In this document: positions 1 through 13,627 of the stretch, piece after piece
Layout: each line of letters opens with the position of its first letter
Position numbering within the stretch: position 1 is the first letter of the stretch
From: Cirrosporium novae-zelandiae
Taxonomy: Eukaryota
Assembly: GCA_026023565.1 (NCBI GenBank)
Contig: JAPETS010000009.1
Coordinates: 744,001-808,000, forward strand
DNA length: 64,000 nucleotides
Reading direction: 5' to 3'
Notes under the pieces: generated by a model
Databases searched by the model: none
Told to the model about the DNA's origin: nothing
What the model saw: only the letters and a program-made list of their open reading frames with translations
Position numbers and translations under genes: made by a program

Positions 1-594
1 CTCGTCATCCGCGCTCGTGAACTAAAAATTCCTACCCAATCAATCCCCAATGCATCTATCATGTCTGCCATCGGTTGCACAGGCCTCCAGCTATATAATT
101 TCGGGCAAACAGTGAGCATGGTATTCTTCCTTGATAACTGGAAACCATCTTCCTTCTACGATCGCATCAAAGAAAACACACAAATAGGACTACACACACT
201 GGTACTACTGGATATCAAGGTAAAGGAACAATCATTAGAGAATATGGCTCGAGGCCGTAAGGTTTACGAACCCCCACGATATATGACTGTTGCACAATGC
301 GCGCAGCAGATGCTGGAGACAGAGGAAACAAGAAAGGAAGACGTTTATGGACCTGAAAGTCTAGCGGTAGGAGTTGCACGAGTGGGATCGAAAGACCAGA
401 AGATGGCAGCGGGAACACTCGCACAACTGGCAGAATCAGACCTCGGAAAACCATTACACAGTCTAGTGCTGTTGGGTAAGAGGACGCATGACTTGGAAAG
501 AGAGTTTATTCAAGAATTTGCTATTGATAAGGAGATATTTGCCAATATCTGGAAGAGGGACTATGCCGAAAACCATAATACAAAAACGAAATGA
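1..594 (+). CDS. DPH5: Diphthine methyl ester synthase, 3' part (5' end outside window)
   Basis: The frame is open from base 1 (LVIRARELKIPTQSIPNASIMSAIGCTGLQLYNFGQTVS). It contains GLHTLVLLDIKVKEQS, YEPPRYMTV and LGKPLHSLVL, typical of Dph5. Confidence 0.95.
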   Translation, partial: LVIRARELKIPTQSIPNASIMSAIGCTGLQLYNFGQTVSMVFFLDNWKPSSFYDRIKENTQIGLHTLVLLDIKVKEQSLENMARGRKVYEPPRYMTVAQCAQQMLETEETRKEDVYGPESLAVGVARVGSKDQKMAAGTLAQLAESDLGKPLHSLVLLGKRTHDLEREFIQEFAIDKEIFANIWKRDYAENHNTKTK

Positions 595-796
595 GGCATG
601 CAAAATCAAGTGTTCGTATTGATCTAGCTATGCTTCATAAAATTCATAAAAAATGACAAGTCTGAACAAGATTGGGTTGAACTGGGTTCTTTTAGGCATA
701 CACCATTGTTCATATCGTGACAATCACCCACGGTGTGTTGCGCGCCCTATCATATCATCAGGTCAGATAAAGGCTCTCACCACCTTGGGGAAAAAC

Positions 797-1642
797 CTAG
801 AAATAAATCTCCTCATTGACCCAGGAAGACCTACATTGCTCCAGCTCCTGCGTACTAATCTCTCTCAGCTTGTTTATTGCTGGGGCTTCGCCTGTGACGA
901 CCCCCTTCACGATTTCCACACCCTTTCCTACAGCTGATTTCCTACTGACTGCATACGTTACCGTCACAGCCTCGACCCTAATCACACCAATTCTCGGATC
1001 CTCGGGGCCACCGTCATGAGTCCCATCACCAAGATCACTTATCCAGGCTTTGAGGGCTGGAGAGTAGTATTTTTTGATGGTGTCACAGTCGGTAAGAATG
1101 TTGGCGTGACCGGAGATGGAAGCCCATTCACCGGTGTTGGTGTTTAGAAATGCAATATTGATACAAGGATCAGAGACAAGATCAGAGGTTTTGCCCGATT
1201 CAGTGTTTGTGTGGAAGAGGAGGTCGATACCACCGGATTCCTGGTATGTGATGTCAGAAAGAGTATCTAAAACACTTCAAGATATTGAAATATCAAGGTG
1301 ACCATCGTAAGGTTATAGAAAGCCTTCTTGCTTTGCTCATCGTTCCAACTTTAAAGGACATAGAACATGTTTCGAGAGACCACTAATTACAACTAATAAA
1401 TTCAGACGAACAGATAATCAAGAAATATTACGAACCTGGGCCGCTAAACCCATGCATCTTGACACCAGCAATCCCGAGCTCGCAATCCTTGTCGTCATCA
1501 TAGCGAACTTAACACCGGATATAAAATGAGAAAGATCCTCGACCTTCTCGCTGAGTGAAGGCTCATCGATGTTTTTAGCCTTGTAAGGATCTGCAGGCTT
1601 GGAACCTGTGTCGGCGTTGCTAAACCCGGCTTGAACAGACAT
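797..1642 (-). CDS. bli-3: BLI-3-like / general stress protein (pyridoxamine 5'-phosphate oxidase-like FMN-binding fold)
   Basis: Exon 1 is 1642-1436 (DTGSKPADPYKAKN..MMTTR..LVSRCM). A GTTCGT..CAG intron spans 1435-1241. Exon 2 is 1240-797 (GGIDLLFHTNTESGKT..YSPALKAW..GDGTHDGGPEDPRIGVIRV). Confidence 0.88.
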
Positions 1643-3585
1643 TTTTGGAGCAGTTATATATGGTTCTGGTTCTAGTTCTGGTTGCTAGATTTGGCTTGGA
1701 GTTTTTTTGTAGAGTTTGAAAGACTGAGAGATAGTTAGAATGGGGATATACTTAATGTGAGTGACAGAAGATAATTGTCGAGTTGAGGGAAAGTAAGTAC
1801 ATGTATAGGGCGATCAAGATGAGGAATCGATGACGTAGGGGGTAAACAGTGGAAGGTTTCACCACCTGCTACCGAATTGTTAGCCGTCCCGATTCAAGGG
1901 AGTATTGCTTTCATCATCGAAATGGGGATGATTTACTCTATGTAGGTACCTAGTTAGGATCAATGGTTGGGGAGGTTTCCTCAATCATGGTCATCCAAAT
2001 GGACACTCTAAATAGCTGACATAGGTAAATATCTTCATCATATCATTCTTTCTCACATCATTTAAAACCCCCCTTTATTCATTATCTACCTACAAAATAT
2101 AACAGCAATTCCATACTCATTCATGAACAATAACATACACAAGAACAATCACAAAGACCCCCAAAAATATCCAGAAAAGATACACTCTTCCCCCCTCCCT
2201 GCAGCGATAACCCTACCTAAGTAGGTATAAGACTATATTGGAGGGGAGGGGAGAAAAAGAATGAATGGGTAAGTGAGTGGTATAGATATAGATACTAATT
2301 AGTGTAAGGTCATACATACATACATACATACATATCAAGGGAGAAGAATGATGATGAGTTAGAAAGGGGGAGAGGGTAGGGTAGTAAATACCTAAATAAC
2401 ATCTTCAAAAAAGGGGTGATTTTCTCCAACCAACCAACCAGCCACTTTTTTTTTTTCTCCATCCACACACACACACACACACACAACTTTAGTAATTATC
2501 AAACAATACAAAAAAACGTCCATCTATACGTTTTTACAAAAACCCAACCAAACCCATCAAACATTATTATTCCCGAAATAAAATTTCAAGTTTTCAATTA
2601 ATAAAAACAAATTCAAACATATTCAATAGTTCAATAGTTCAAAAACTTGGAGTTTTTGGTGATCGAATTAATTTGAATTAATTTCATACACTAATTATTG
2701 TAGACACAACTAGGCCAGATGTAATTATGACGTTACAGTACAGTACGCCCACCCCCCTCCCCCTCCTCTGGATCTCGCCTCCTCCTCCTCCGGTCAATCG
2801 TCATCGCGTTTCATCTCCAATCTTCTTCTTTCTTCCTACCTCTCTTCCTCTTCCTCTGTTTTATCTGATTACCTACTTGATAGAGGAAGGAGTTGGAATT
2901 AGCGATAGTCTAATAGGCCATTCATTCATTCTCAATTGCGATATCTAAGGTTCACATTATACATATCTATACCTGTACTTCTCTACATCGCATCCATCCA
3001 TCCATCTACTGGACTCTCCCCCTCTCCCTCTCTCTCTCTGCGGGACATACATGTTCCCACCCATCCTCGTTGTTGGTCATCATCCATCCGCTTCATGATG
3101 CGCGTATTTATTGTATAGCTACACCAAAAGAAACGAATGGGTGGTGTTTGTGAAATTATACATACCTTCTTTAATATTCGAGGAGTGGACTATTTGTTTA
3201 GGGCTGGCTACCAAGGGAAAAAGTACTGAGAAGTATTCATGGGAATAATTGAGGGATCGATCTACTTACTATTTAATGGTCTTATCTCTTTTTTAACAAT
3301 CTTCGATTTGGCTTAGAGCTTGCCGTTGTTCCTCTCCTCTCTTTCCTCTTCTATTTTATATATTATTATTGTCTTTGGAGAAGGAGATGCCATCTTCGTG
3401 ACTGCTACGTCTCTACTAGGAAACGGATCAACGAGTCTATGCTTTCAAAACCCCGCTTTGTGCGTGATTTAGATATTCTATGTACGATAATTATATTTTT
3501 ATAATCGATGACTAAAAAAATAATTTGATAACGAATGCAGCCCTAGAATTTGCTAGTCCTATTTTGGACCGTTAATAAACATAGA

Positions 3586-5307
3586 TCAATCAACCAACCA
3601 ACTCAACCCCATCCAAGCACACACAACCGTCCAGCCCATCCCCAGCACCAGCGCCCCCAACAGCACCCCCGTCTCCACTCTCCCTCCCGATTCCCTCCAC
3701 CCTTGATGTTCCATCCCGCACACGCCTCCGGTGCATTGCACCCCAATAGTGACCCACAATACCGTAGCAATAATACTCGCGACCACCACTAAAAGGATTG
3801 CAAATGCGATTCTTGTTGCGTTGAACTCTTCGCTTATCTCAAATGTCAGCGGCTGCGTATCGGCCCCTTCTTCAGGACGTAAAGCTTCCTCAATCGATTG
3901 CGATTTCTCGGATGATAGGCTGTAGACGAGATATACAAAGTCCCTTTCTCCATGACCAAGTTTTGGATGCTGGAATAGAGAAAGAGCACGGGTTTGCAAC
4001 GTGCTGTAAATGGGAAGTGTGGAGTCAAAGTTGGGGTGGGAGACGGACACGCTGGAAACCGAGCGTGCGGAAAAGAGGCGGAAGGTCGGGGATCGCAATG
4101 CTAGGTATGATTTTGAGAGAAGGCGAAAGAGAGCTTCATCGTCTGGCAAACCGGGGGTGTTGCGGTTCGTTATTTTGGATAAAGGGACATGGAATTTAGG
4201 TTTGTTCTTTTCCTTGGATGCCGAGGAACGGCGCGGGGGTGTGGGTGGGAATATTTTATTTCGGGTAATGTATTCCCGTCTCACTTTGGGGGGTAGTGAA
4301 CCATGCCTGTATAAGCAGACGATAAACTCAGATCGGTCTTCGGTAAGTGGATCGGTGGGACTCGCGTCTTCGGGGTCGCGGTCGACTATGCGGAAATGAG
4401 GAACATAAGGGGTGCTAACGACACCTTCACGCTCGAAGCGCGGTGCGGGATTCACTCTAATATCATTGGGGTGAATTCTCACTTTACGCATTGTCATAGG
4501 GACAGAAGCTGCACGACGCACGGGATGTGAGCGGAGGCCATCAATTGGGATGGGGGCGTCGACAGAGGGGCTCATTTTTATTCGGAGGCCGGTTAGGGGA
4601 TCGACAGCGTCGGGGACAAATGAGCCAGCTCTTGACTGGAATGGAGTTGCGGCGCCTTCTTCCAAGGGACGAATATATTTTGGGACATCACGGTTTGCGA
4701 TAGATAAGGTGCTATGTGAAGGACCTGAGGGGACTTGACTATTGAAAACTCGTCCCTGTCTTCGTGTTGGAGTTGGCGGTGAAAAGTCCACGAGTGGTTG
4801 ACCAAGTAATTTTCCAGCTTTCTGACGTGATCGTGCTTGATGGCTAAGCATCTGAGGCTTCAAGAATTGGCCTTTTTGTGCTTCGACAACCTGGTGAGTT
4901 TCTATGTCGGAATCGGAATCATCTTCGAAGAAAGACGTCGGCTCTGACATTGGTCTTCTCTTGCCCTTGTTTCCATGCCTTGGTGGAATCTCATCTGGTG
5001 GGCTCATCGATTCAACCGATTCTAAAGTAGGAGATTTCACTGCGTGCATGGAGCCAGTAGGACCAATCGAGTCTCCCGAAAGAGAACTCAAGGAAGATCC
5101 TCTCCTAGGGGCTTTCATGCTCACTGAACTAAGATTACTAGCATTTGTTGACGCAGCCATGGAAAACCGGCCCTCAGGTGTAGGATCCATATCCGTATGT
5201 ATGCTGTGGTAGCTTCGTGTGGAATTTTTCCGTACCAGAATTGGCGAGCCTTTGGACGTCTCGGACAGGACGAACGTCTTTCCTTCCTCATTTTGTGATT
5301 CCTCCAT
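3586..5307 (-). CDS. Hypothetical protein: long Ser/Pro-rich disordered N-terminus, two C-terminal transmembrane helices
   Basis: Single 573-aa ORF with two hydrophobic segments at the C-terminus (IAFAILLVVVASIIATVLWVTIG; GVLLGALVLGMGWTVVCAWMGLSWL). Confidence 0.8.
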   Translation of the reverse strand: MEESQNEEGKTFVLSETSKGSPILVRKNSTRSYHSIHTDMDPTPEGRFSMAASTNASNLSSVSMKAPRRGSSLSSLSGDSIGPTGSMHAVKSPTLESVESMSPPDEIPPRHGNKGKRRPMSEPTSFFEDDSDSDIETHQVVEAQKGQFLKPQMLSHQARSRQKAGKLLGQPLVDFSPPTPTRRQGRVFNSQVPSGPSHSTLSIANRDVPKYIRPLEEGAATPFQSRAGSFVPDAVDPLTGLRIKMSPSVDAPIPIDGLRSHPVRRAASVPMTMRKVRIHPNDIRVNPAPRFEREGVVSTPYVPHFRIVDRDPEDASPTDPLTEDRSEFIVCLYRHGSLPPKVRREYITRNKIFPPTPPRRSSASKEKNKPKFHVPLSKITNRNTPGLPDDEALFRLLSKSYLALRSPTFRLFSARSVSSVSVSHPNFDSTLPIYSTLQTRALSLFQHPKLGHGERDFVYLVYSLSSEKSQSIEEALRPEEGADTQPLTFEISEEFNATRIAFAILLVVVASIIATVLWVTIGVQCTGGVCGMEHQGWRESGGRVETGVLLGALVLGMGWTVVCAWMGLSWLVD

Positions 5308-5971
5308 TATGTTGCCTTGATGCTAACGGTGAAGTATGGCTGCCTCTTGGTTAAATTTGATTAATATATCTGGGGGGCAATTTTTCCCGGATCCGGTAAT
5401 CATGGTTGCGGCGAAGGACTGTAGACAAAGAACGTACTGTTTTGAGTCTTTTGTTTGCTCGTGGTCACCTCTGTCATACCGTAGAAACTCTCCAGAGATC
5501 TTTCAAAGGTCAGTAACCTTTGTAGAAGGATACTCAAGCAAATTAATTAGGCTCGAATATAAGGTGTTTAGTAGTACATCTCACTTGAGATCTTGACCGA
5601 AAAATTGTGAATATTGCTATCACAAAATACGCCCGATATATTGACATCTTCAAATTCACTAGGAATCCATTTTCCACAGCTCCTTCTTTTCCCTTTTCTG
5701 GCATAACTTGCTGTTTGTCCGTGATCCGTGTCCGTTGTCAGCAGTTTCGACATGAACAAACTTTCGCCACAGCGTCCGATCCATAAAAATCGATGGTTTC
5801 TTATTACCCATTTCGGGCTATTTTATTTCTTAAATATGATGCTAGACTCTTGGAATATACCAATGTCGTCTATGCTTAGTTGATTTATAAAATCCCCTTG
5901 AAGATTGGTTTGTGGTTTTAGAAATTTCGTATTGCCTACTATCACGAATTCACGTAACCGAGGAATGCATG

Positions 5972-8444
5972 TCAGTCGGCAAATTTCCCATCACAATATG
6001 GGCAAATATCCCGCGTGGAAAATAGCATGGAAGCTAAAGGAGAGATGTCGGTTGCGGCCTTCGTTAATCCAGCCACCGTTGAAGAATGTGATTGTCTGCC
6101 ATTCCAGACAAGCTCGTTTAAGAATTGTCGACCACACCGTTCGCAATATTTTGAAATATCAGGCTCCTGAATTGACAAAAACGTCAAAGAGCATCGAGCT
6201 AGAAATATTAACGTACCATAACATTCATAAAGAATAGAGACCTACAAAAAACATGCCCACTTGCGCACTGTGCTTCGTTGCTTGAAAGCCAGCCTAATCC
6301 TTTCCCGCAAAATCCACAGACATCAAATAGGGAGGCAGCCTCGGAGTTCGCTAGTTGCTCATTGGACTTTGGCAATATTCCCCGAAAGACAAAATTATTT
6401 TCCGAGCTTGACACGATGACTGAGAGAAGCTGGTCTTTACATAGATCCAGTTCCTGGCTCATATCGAGGTCAGTAATTGATTGTATCCAGAGGAAAGCTT
6501 TTTTGCAATGTTGCATCATCTGTGGGTTATGAGCAAAGTGGAGGATAGCGGCGCAAGCGGCTGAATAAAAGATCCTTAGTCCTAGATCATCCGTTCTTAG
6601 TTTGCTGTGGGGATATTCAAAAATATTCACGAGATGCCTCATTAGCCTTGGGTTTATTTCGGGGAGTGATGTAGTTAGTATTGTGGATATATTTGACTCT
6701 TGATCTTCACAGCTGCCGATGATGATAGTCGACCTTTCTTGAGATGATATATTATATTCCACACAGTCTCCAGGATGATATGTGACACATGCTGCCACCT
6801 TATCTTCATAAGAGGCCATACCCCATGTCTTGCAAATAGCAAAACCTCCAAGGTCCTTATCTAAGTCAAATTCACTCAAACCACTTTCTATTGCTTGCTG
6901 CAACCCCACCTCAGGATTAATTTGAAGAGCTGGCGACTGAAACTGGATTGGACCTCGTTTTTGCATTACCTTGAAGGTCCTTATGTAGGAAAGAAGGGTT
7001 GATATGTGTAAAAATAGTTCACCGGTAGTAGAATTAGTCGTAAATGCGAGCCCTACCAAATTATGAGTATATCTAAAAACTAAGCGGCTTAGGCCTCAGC
7101 TTACCGGTAGTTGGTTCCCAAACAGCTCGTTTCTCAGGAGGATCTATGCTAGAGCTATTAAAAGGAACAAATTCGACTACTTTCAAGTTTGGTATTGTAA
7201 GAACTGCAAATCCTTCTTGGGCCGCAATGGCAAAAATTGTCTTATCCTTGTCCTTTTTCCAACAGTTAGCACTTATCATCGTTCCACTAAACTCAGCACT
7301 TACCAGTTCGCCATGAGATGAACACCATCGTAGCGGCCCAGAGAAGTTGTAAGTATTTCCAAGTGCACCAAAATCAGAACCGGGAAGTTCTACTCGGGTA
7401 ATAACCGATAGTTGATCAACATTGCTAGAATCTGCTTGACCTGTGGCAATAGTAACTCTGCATAGCTGGAGTGTTGATCCCACTAAATAAACAAGAAAGG
7501 CCGTCGATTGTGTGGGTTTGGAATTATCAGTGGGCAAGATTGAAGACCAGCCGCTCCAGGTAAGATGTTGCACAAACCTCTTACGCTGCATGAACTGTCC
7601 AAGAATCGAATAAGCACTTGGATTATCCTGCCATCCAGATGTTCCATCAACAGAGAAGTGTTCTAGGACTTCTGCCTTCCACTGTGTGCGGGGGGATTGA
7701 AATGGTCGATAAGGCCTTCGTAGCCTTACGAGAATTATATCATTGTCGTCATTAGCAATTGCAAGTATCGGTATACCCCACGACGGATTATCCGCGATCT
7801 TTGAATCATTTACAGTCTGAGCTGGATGCCAAGCTTGACTCCATGAAAATGACCTGATTCGTCTCTTCCTCCGGCGCATAGGATCCAAGGTTCCAGTATC
7901 TTCTGTAGCATCATTAATAAGGGCTTGGAAGTAATTCTCGATGGTATGATTAATCACTAGAACCCTTTTCCAATTTGTAGACTCTACTGGTGATGATGTA
8001 CATTCCCAAATAGAGAGAACAAGGTTGGATGTAAGAAGAGCAAGGAGAGAACGACGATTCTTAGCTAAACCAGGCGGAGACCAAGCAAGAGCAGTTACTG
8101 TGCTGAGCGTCTGTTCTTCACCGATAGAAGAATCTTGAATTGGCATAGGTTCTTGAGGCGACCATTCTTCCATAGAGAAAATATTGATTTGAAACTGAAC
8201 AGCATCATATTGACCACGCGCACCCTTTCTGGGGCCATGGGAAGGATTTCTAGGATCAGCTTTCATATATTTAGGGATCTGAAATTTGCATTAGAAGATT
8301 TGGGTGACAATATAAAAAAGCCGAGTTCGCTGGGCATACCAAGATTCGAACATCTTCCCCAGCTGCAACTGCCATCTCCCCATCCTCAGACCATGAAAGG
8401 CAGTCAGTGCATGAAGGAAAAAATGGACACTTGATATATTCCAT
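5972..8444 (-). CDS. Transcription factor IIIC subunit (TFIIIC delta/Sfc9-like) with C-terminal zinc finger
   Basis: ATG at 8444 (MEYIKCPFFPSCTDCLSWSEDGEMAVAAG). Contains ALAWSPPGLAKNRRSLLALLTSNLVLSIW and a C-terminal C-x2-C..CASGHVF..RCGLTFLSIQEP..KYCERC..CPYCDGKF. Several GT-AG introns join ORFs 7073-8266, 6208-7059 and 5972-6187. Confidence 0.82.
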
Positions 8445-8717
8445 TATGTGGGTTGCTGTTTTTCGTATTATGATAATTATATCAAAGAAAACTTAAAATT
8501 GTAAGATTTTGGATGGTAGTTGAAAATAATTAATGCTGAGTTCTATTTAGATTGTCAGTTGTCGAGGCGTGCGAAGATTTCAAGCAAGCAATGAAACTTG
8601 GTCAAATTAAATTTCATCGTTTGATCATGTGTGCTGAGCGATTAAGAGGACTTTTATAAAATACAATTATACACCTAATACTGAATATGAATTCAAAGTC
8701 TAATTCTTTCAAGTCCT

Positions 8718-10235
8718 TCATTGGTTAAACCCTAATATTTGACCAAGCACAGGATCCCATTCTTGGTCCCATCGGCGATTGCTCTCTTCCAGTGCACCAC
8801 CACGCAATTTTCGAAGCTCTTCACCATTAGAACCGAAAAGATCTACAAGGGAGTCTGCCAGCCCTTGAGAACTTTGAAATCCTCTACCATTATAACCTTC
8901 TTTGACCAATTCCGGCCAGGCGTCAAATTTACTCCAACCCACAACGGGTAGTCCAGCACCAAACATATCCACTACTTTCATGGGGAGATCTACTCCACTG
9001 CTACTTGTGTGCAAGCTGACCCCTAGGTCTGCTGCTGCCAGCAAGCTGGCGTAATCACGCATCGTCAGCCAAGCTGTTTTGACGTGCACGTTTTTCAGTT
9101 TCCCATCCCTATTCAAAGAATGGATCTGGGAAATGTAATAGTCTTTAAGAGGACCTTTCCCTGTTATTATTGCCAGGATATCAGGTAGTTCACGTTGTGC
9201 TGCGGCTTCAGAATACATAGCCAGGGCATCTAAAAGGATTGAAAAGTCTTCATCAGGGGTCCAAGAGGTTGAGCTGACAAGGACTTTCATCTGACCAGTG
9301 TAAATTTTTGAAACCTCACTAGCAGTCTCTGGAAGCCGTCCAAGGAAGGACAAGCTCCTCTCGGGAGTCAAAAATGGCTGTAAATGGGCCGCAGGCCGAT
9401 CATGCAAAGAATGCACTTGAGATGTAGTGTAACCATCCCGTTTTAAGACACTTGCCATAACATCCGTAACTGTTAAATGGACATCCGCATTCCTAGCAAA
9501 TACCCGCTCGTACACCCGAGAAATTCGGACAAGAGGATGTTGCTGGCCAAGTTTCATAGCTAAAATAGAATATCCAAAGTTATGCCAATCGATAATGAGT
9601 TTTGTGTTTCGAAGGAAGCAAACAATTTGAGCAATAGCGAGTGTTGGAATCGAAGGGGGGTTCTATGGATAAAATACAGAATCAGCACACATTCGCTGTT
9701 GTCTTTATGGATGCGATAGGTATACTTGGACTAGCATCCACTCAGCGGGATCAATTCGATACCCTAGTGTAAGCCATAGGTACCAAATTTGGAGCAAAAC
9801 CTTCAGGGGTCCAAAGAGAAGGAAGAGTAGTTTATTATCAGTCCGCAAACTCATAGGAGTTGATGGCAGGGAAATAATCGAGATTCGATCGCTCAGAACA
9901 ATTTCTGGGTGAGGATCAGATTCTGAAAGGCGATTAGCTGCACATTGATCCTCAATGAAGAACTAAAGGCTACCAAGATATCCTATGAGATCGACGTGAC
10001 CTCCATGTTTGGCAATGCTCAAGGCATGATATTGCATACGAGGACTTCGGCCTATATCCCCAAGCACAAGTACCTGAACAGCTGTGTTTTTGTGTCCATC
10101 CCTCATGTTATTTTGGCCATTTCCACCCTTCGCTGCGGCTGAATCAGACGCCTTTCGGTAAGAGGGTAACGAAAGCAGGAGAAGGCTAAATAAAGTCGAG
10201 GCGAAAACAGCGAAACCTAATATAATATGCAACAT
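8718..10235 (-). CDS. ALG1: Chitobiosyldiphosphodolichol beta-1,4-mannosyltransferase
   Basis: N-terminal TM anchor, [43 protein letters not shown] and [27 protein letters not shown]. Introns at about 9924-9973 and 9663-9725. Confidence 0.95.
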
Positions 10236-10926
10236 GTTGATTTCTGGTTTTCAGGAAATCCTCTATCGAGCACCTAAGTAAAATCTAGGATAGTGGTGTA
10301 TTTCGAAGTTCCTCGAAGTTTTCTGATGTCATCTCAGCGTTCCTGCATTAGGTATTACTGTCAGCCGCAGCCACTGGAACATAGTCCTGATAACGGGAGC
10401 TCATGGTGAAAACTCAACCAAATATGTATTCCATTGCTGATACTGATAACCAAGGATACAACCAAAACGACAGATCAAAGAGGAATCAAGATTTAAGATG
10501 TGCTTTGTTATGACCTGGCGTGTCCTGGTCCAAGCAAATATTTGAAGGTAGAGATGAAGTTTGATCAAGCTTCAACGGCGGCCAATTTAGTTCCCCGCAC
10601 CCCTGAATCCTTAGACGCAAGCTGGCAAGCCGCGCCATCACCCCCTGAAACAAACCGATGTGCCCATGGTCCATCTCGCATTTCACGGAGCAACAGGCAT
10701 CTGTATTGGACAATCGACCGCCCCCGCATACGTCTTGAATATAGGTCTTCGATATCTTGAATATACCCCTCCTCCATGAGCAATTTGATTCTGTCGCCAA
10801 TCGACTTGGAAGGTGTTGTCGAACTCACAATATGATCGGATGCCAGCAAACACTCCGATAACAACTCTCCCCTTCTGATGACGCTATTGCAACTCACCAA
10901 AGGATAGCCTCGAAATCATATTTATC

Positions 10927-13595
10927 ATGGCTTCAACTTATACCTATCCTATGACGGAAACAGCAGTGCGTAATCCTCGCGGTCATGGACATCGACGATC
11001 ACATCAACACATAGTATCTCCGCTGGGATTGGGGACAGCGGGGACTCCTTCCCAATTCCTGTCTGTTGGCGGCAGGTCACCGGGGCCGGAGGGACTGACT
11101 GGATATGGATATAACGATTTGTTATCCAACAAAAGTTCAACATCAAGTCTGCAACTTCCAGAAACTTTTGGTGCGACTAAGCCTCCCGGACCAAATAGCT
11201 ATGCACCTTCCCAATCCCCGGCACTGAATGATAATCACTCTCATAAACTTGGTGACACCTCTTCACACGGCCATGATCATACCACAATGGCGCCAAACGG
11301 CTACGGATTTTCCGCAATCAATGACCATGCTGAGGGTCAATCATCGAGGTAAATATATGCCCTGTTTTTCTTTCAAACTGACTCTAACTATGTGCTTTGC
11401 TAGGTTCGAATTGCTGCCAGTCGAGGCTCTCAGCGCTCTACTTATACCTCTTCCTTTCCTTATCGCTTCTGCAGTTTCGGCAGCTTCTACCAACTCTTCT
11501 ACCCACTCTTCTACCTCCTACAGCGCATCGTCCTTGACCTTATCATGCGCCTATGCTTCTGCGACTCTCCTCTCTATCGGAACTATCAGAAAGTTGGAAA
11601 ATGCCCAGAAAGATGAACGGCAGAAAGAAAAACAGGATAGCCGGGGTGGGCAACCAATAAATATGTCTAGGATTGGGACAGGCATAAACAGGTCTCTTAG
11701 TATCATGTTGCCATTCTATGCATCTATGAAAATTGGAGTCGGTCGGGTTTCGTTTTTGATTCTCCTCGCAGCTGCTGGAGGCTTCCTCACAAACGAGAAT
11801 GATCGCAGGAAACAGGCTTTAACTTGGATTGAAGGGTGGAAGAAACTCATTACACAACGAATATGGACATCTTTTGCTTTCCTTCTTGGTATCATGTTTG
11901 ATATGATTGGTCTCACAACTGGGCCAGAGTCAAACTCCATCTTGGCCTACTTAGCACTGGCTGTATCTATATTCCTACTCCCACCGCCATATTCTTTTCG
12001 CGTTGGTCGATCTATGAGTCTTGCCAAGCCAGCTCTTGCTCGGAGAGTTTCAATCATGTCTGCGGCGCCTCGAGATGTCTCTCAGGGACTTCTCGCGGCT
12101 TTCATAGATCCTAACACCGTTTCACCACTCACCTTAAATGATGGCGAGACCGACCTTACGCTTTGTTCTGGAGGAGCCCTTGGAGGAGCTACCTTATTTC
12201 TTGTACTTGTGGGACAGGGTTTCTCTATATCAAGCGCTACTCAGCTATTTGGTTTTTTTGCGGTTGTTACGGTATCAATATTCTCATATGGCGTTTCCTG
12301 GCCTGCAGCACTCCGAACGGACCTTAAGCTAGGAACCGCCCTTGGACTTGGGCTCACTATACTTTCTTCTTCATTCTGGGGTACCTGGACAAATTTCTGG
12401 TCACAGTCATTTCTCGGAATGTTGTCATATGTGGCCTTGACGAAAGATACGAGAATATCTTTACACTCTCGCCACCATGATCACGATATTGAAAAACATA
12501 TACTTGGAAAAAGCAATCCTTCTAAGGCCTCTATCTTTCTGCTGAAAACTTTCAAAAACTGGCCATTGGTATACGACATACTTGCAGAAAAGGATTCGAG
12601 AAGGATTCTATACTTTACATGGTCAGAAACTCCATGATTTTACTGTCCCTCGCTGACTAATTCATAGTCTTAACTTCGGATTTATGCTGATCCAGATGGT
12701 ATACGGGTTTATGACCAATTCCCTTGGTTTGATGAGCGACAGCATTCATATGTTCTTCGACTGCCTTGCATTGGTAGTTGCTCTCGCAGCTTCTGTTATG
12801 GCAAGATGGCCCCCAAGCGCACGATTTCCATACGGCTTGGGCAAAGTTGATACTCTCGCTGGATTTGCTAATGGGATTTTTTTGATGTAAGTCTGATAAT
12901 AGACTTTTCCTACTTCTAGCTAACGGAAAATTAGGATTATCAGTATTGAAATCATATATGAGGCGGTGGAACGCCTAACAGAAGGCAGCCATATGCAACG
13001 TATTGGAGAGCTACTTGTTGTTAGTACTCTTGGTCTCATGGTGAATTTAGTGGGAATTTTCTCCTTCGGTCATGCTCATCATGGTCATGGCCATGACCAT
13101 GGCGGGCACTCCCATGACCACGACCACGATCACGACCACGACGATCATGATCATGATCATGATCATTCTCCAAACCTACTTAATTCAGCACCACCACTAT
13201 CTCATAGTCATGGAGGACATAGCCATGGCAGCGATAATATGGAAGGAATATTTCTGCATGTGCTTGCTGACACACTTGGGTCGGTAGCGGTGGTACTCTC
13301 TACTATACTTATCCACTACTTCGGTTGGGCAGGTTTTGATCCTCTCGCCTCATGTATGATCGCCACATTGATCTTCTTGTCTGCGATACCCCTTGTCAAA
13401 AAGAGCGCAACTACTCTTTTGTTGGCTCTTCCTGCAGATACGGAGTATTCGCTAAGAGACACTCTTTCAGGCGTCAGTGAACTTAGGGGTGTAGTTGGAT
13501 ATACAGTACCCAAATTTTGGGTAAATGATTTAGCAATATTAAATGGCCTTGATGAGCACGACCATCACCACGACCACGGTCACGCCCATGATCAT

Positions 13596-13627
<32 letters not shown>

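Noticed and set aside
10486..10900. ORFs of 86-111 aa between ALG1 and the zinc transporter
   Set aside because: They have non-ATG starts and no motifs, and lie in a divergent promoter/leader. A uORF cannot be excluded but is unsupported.
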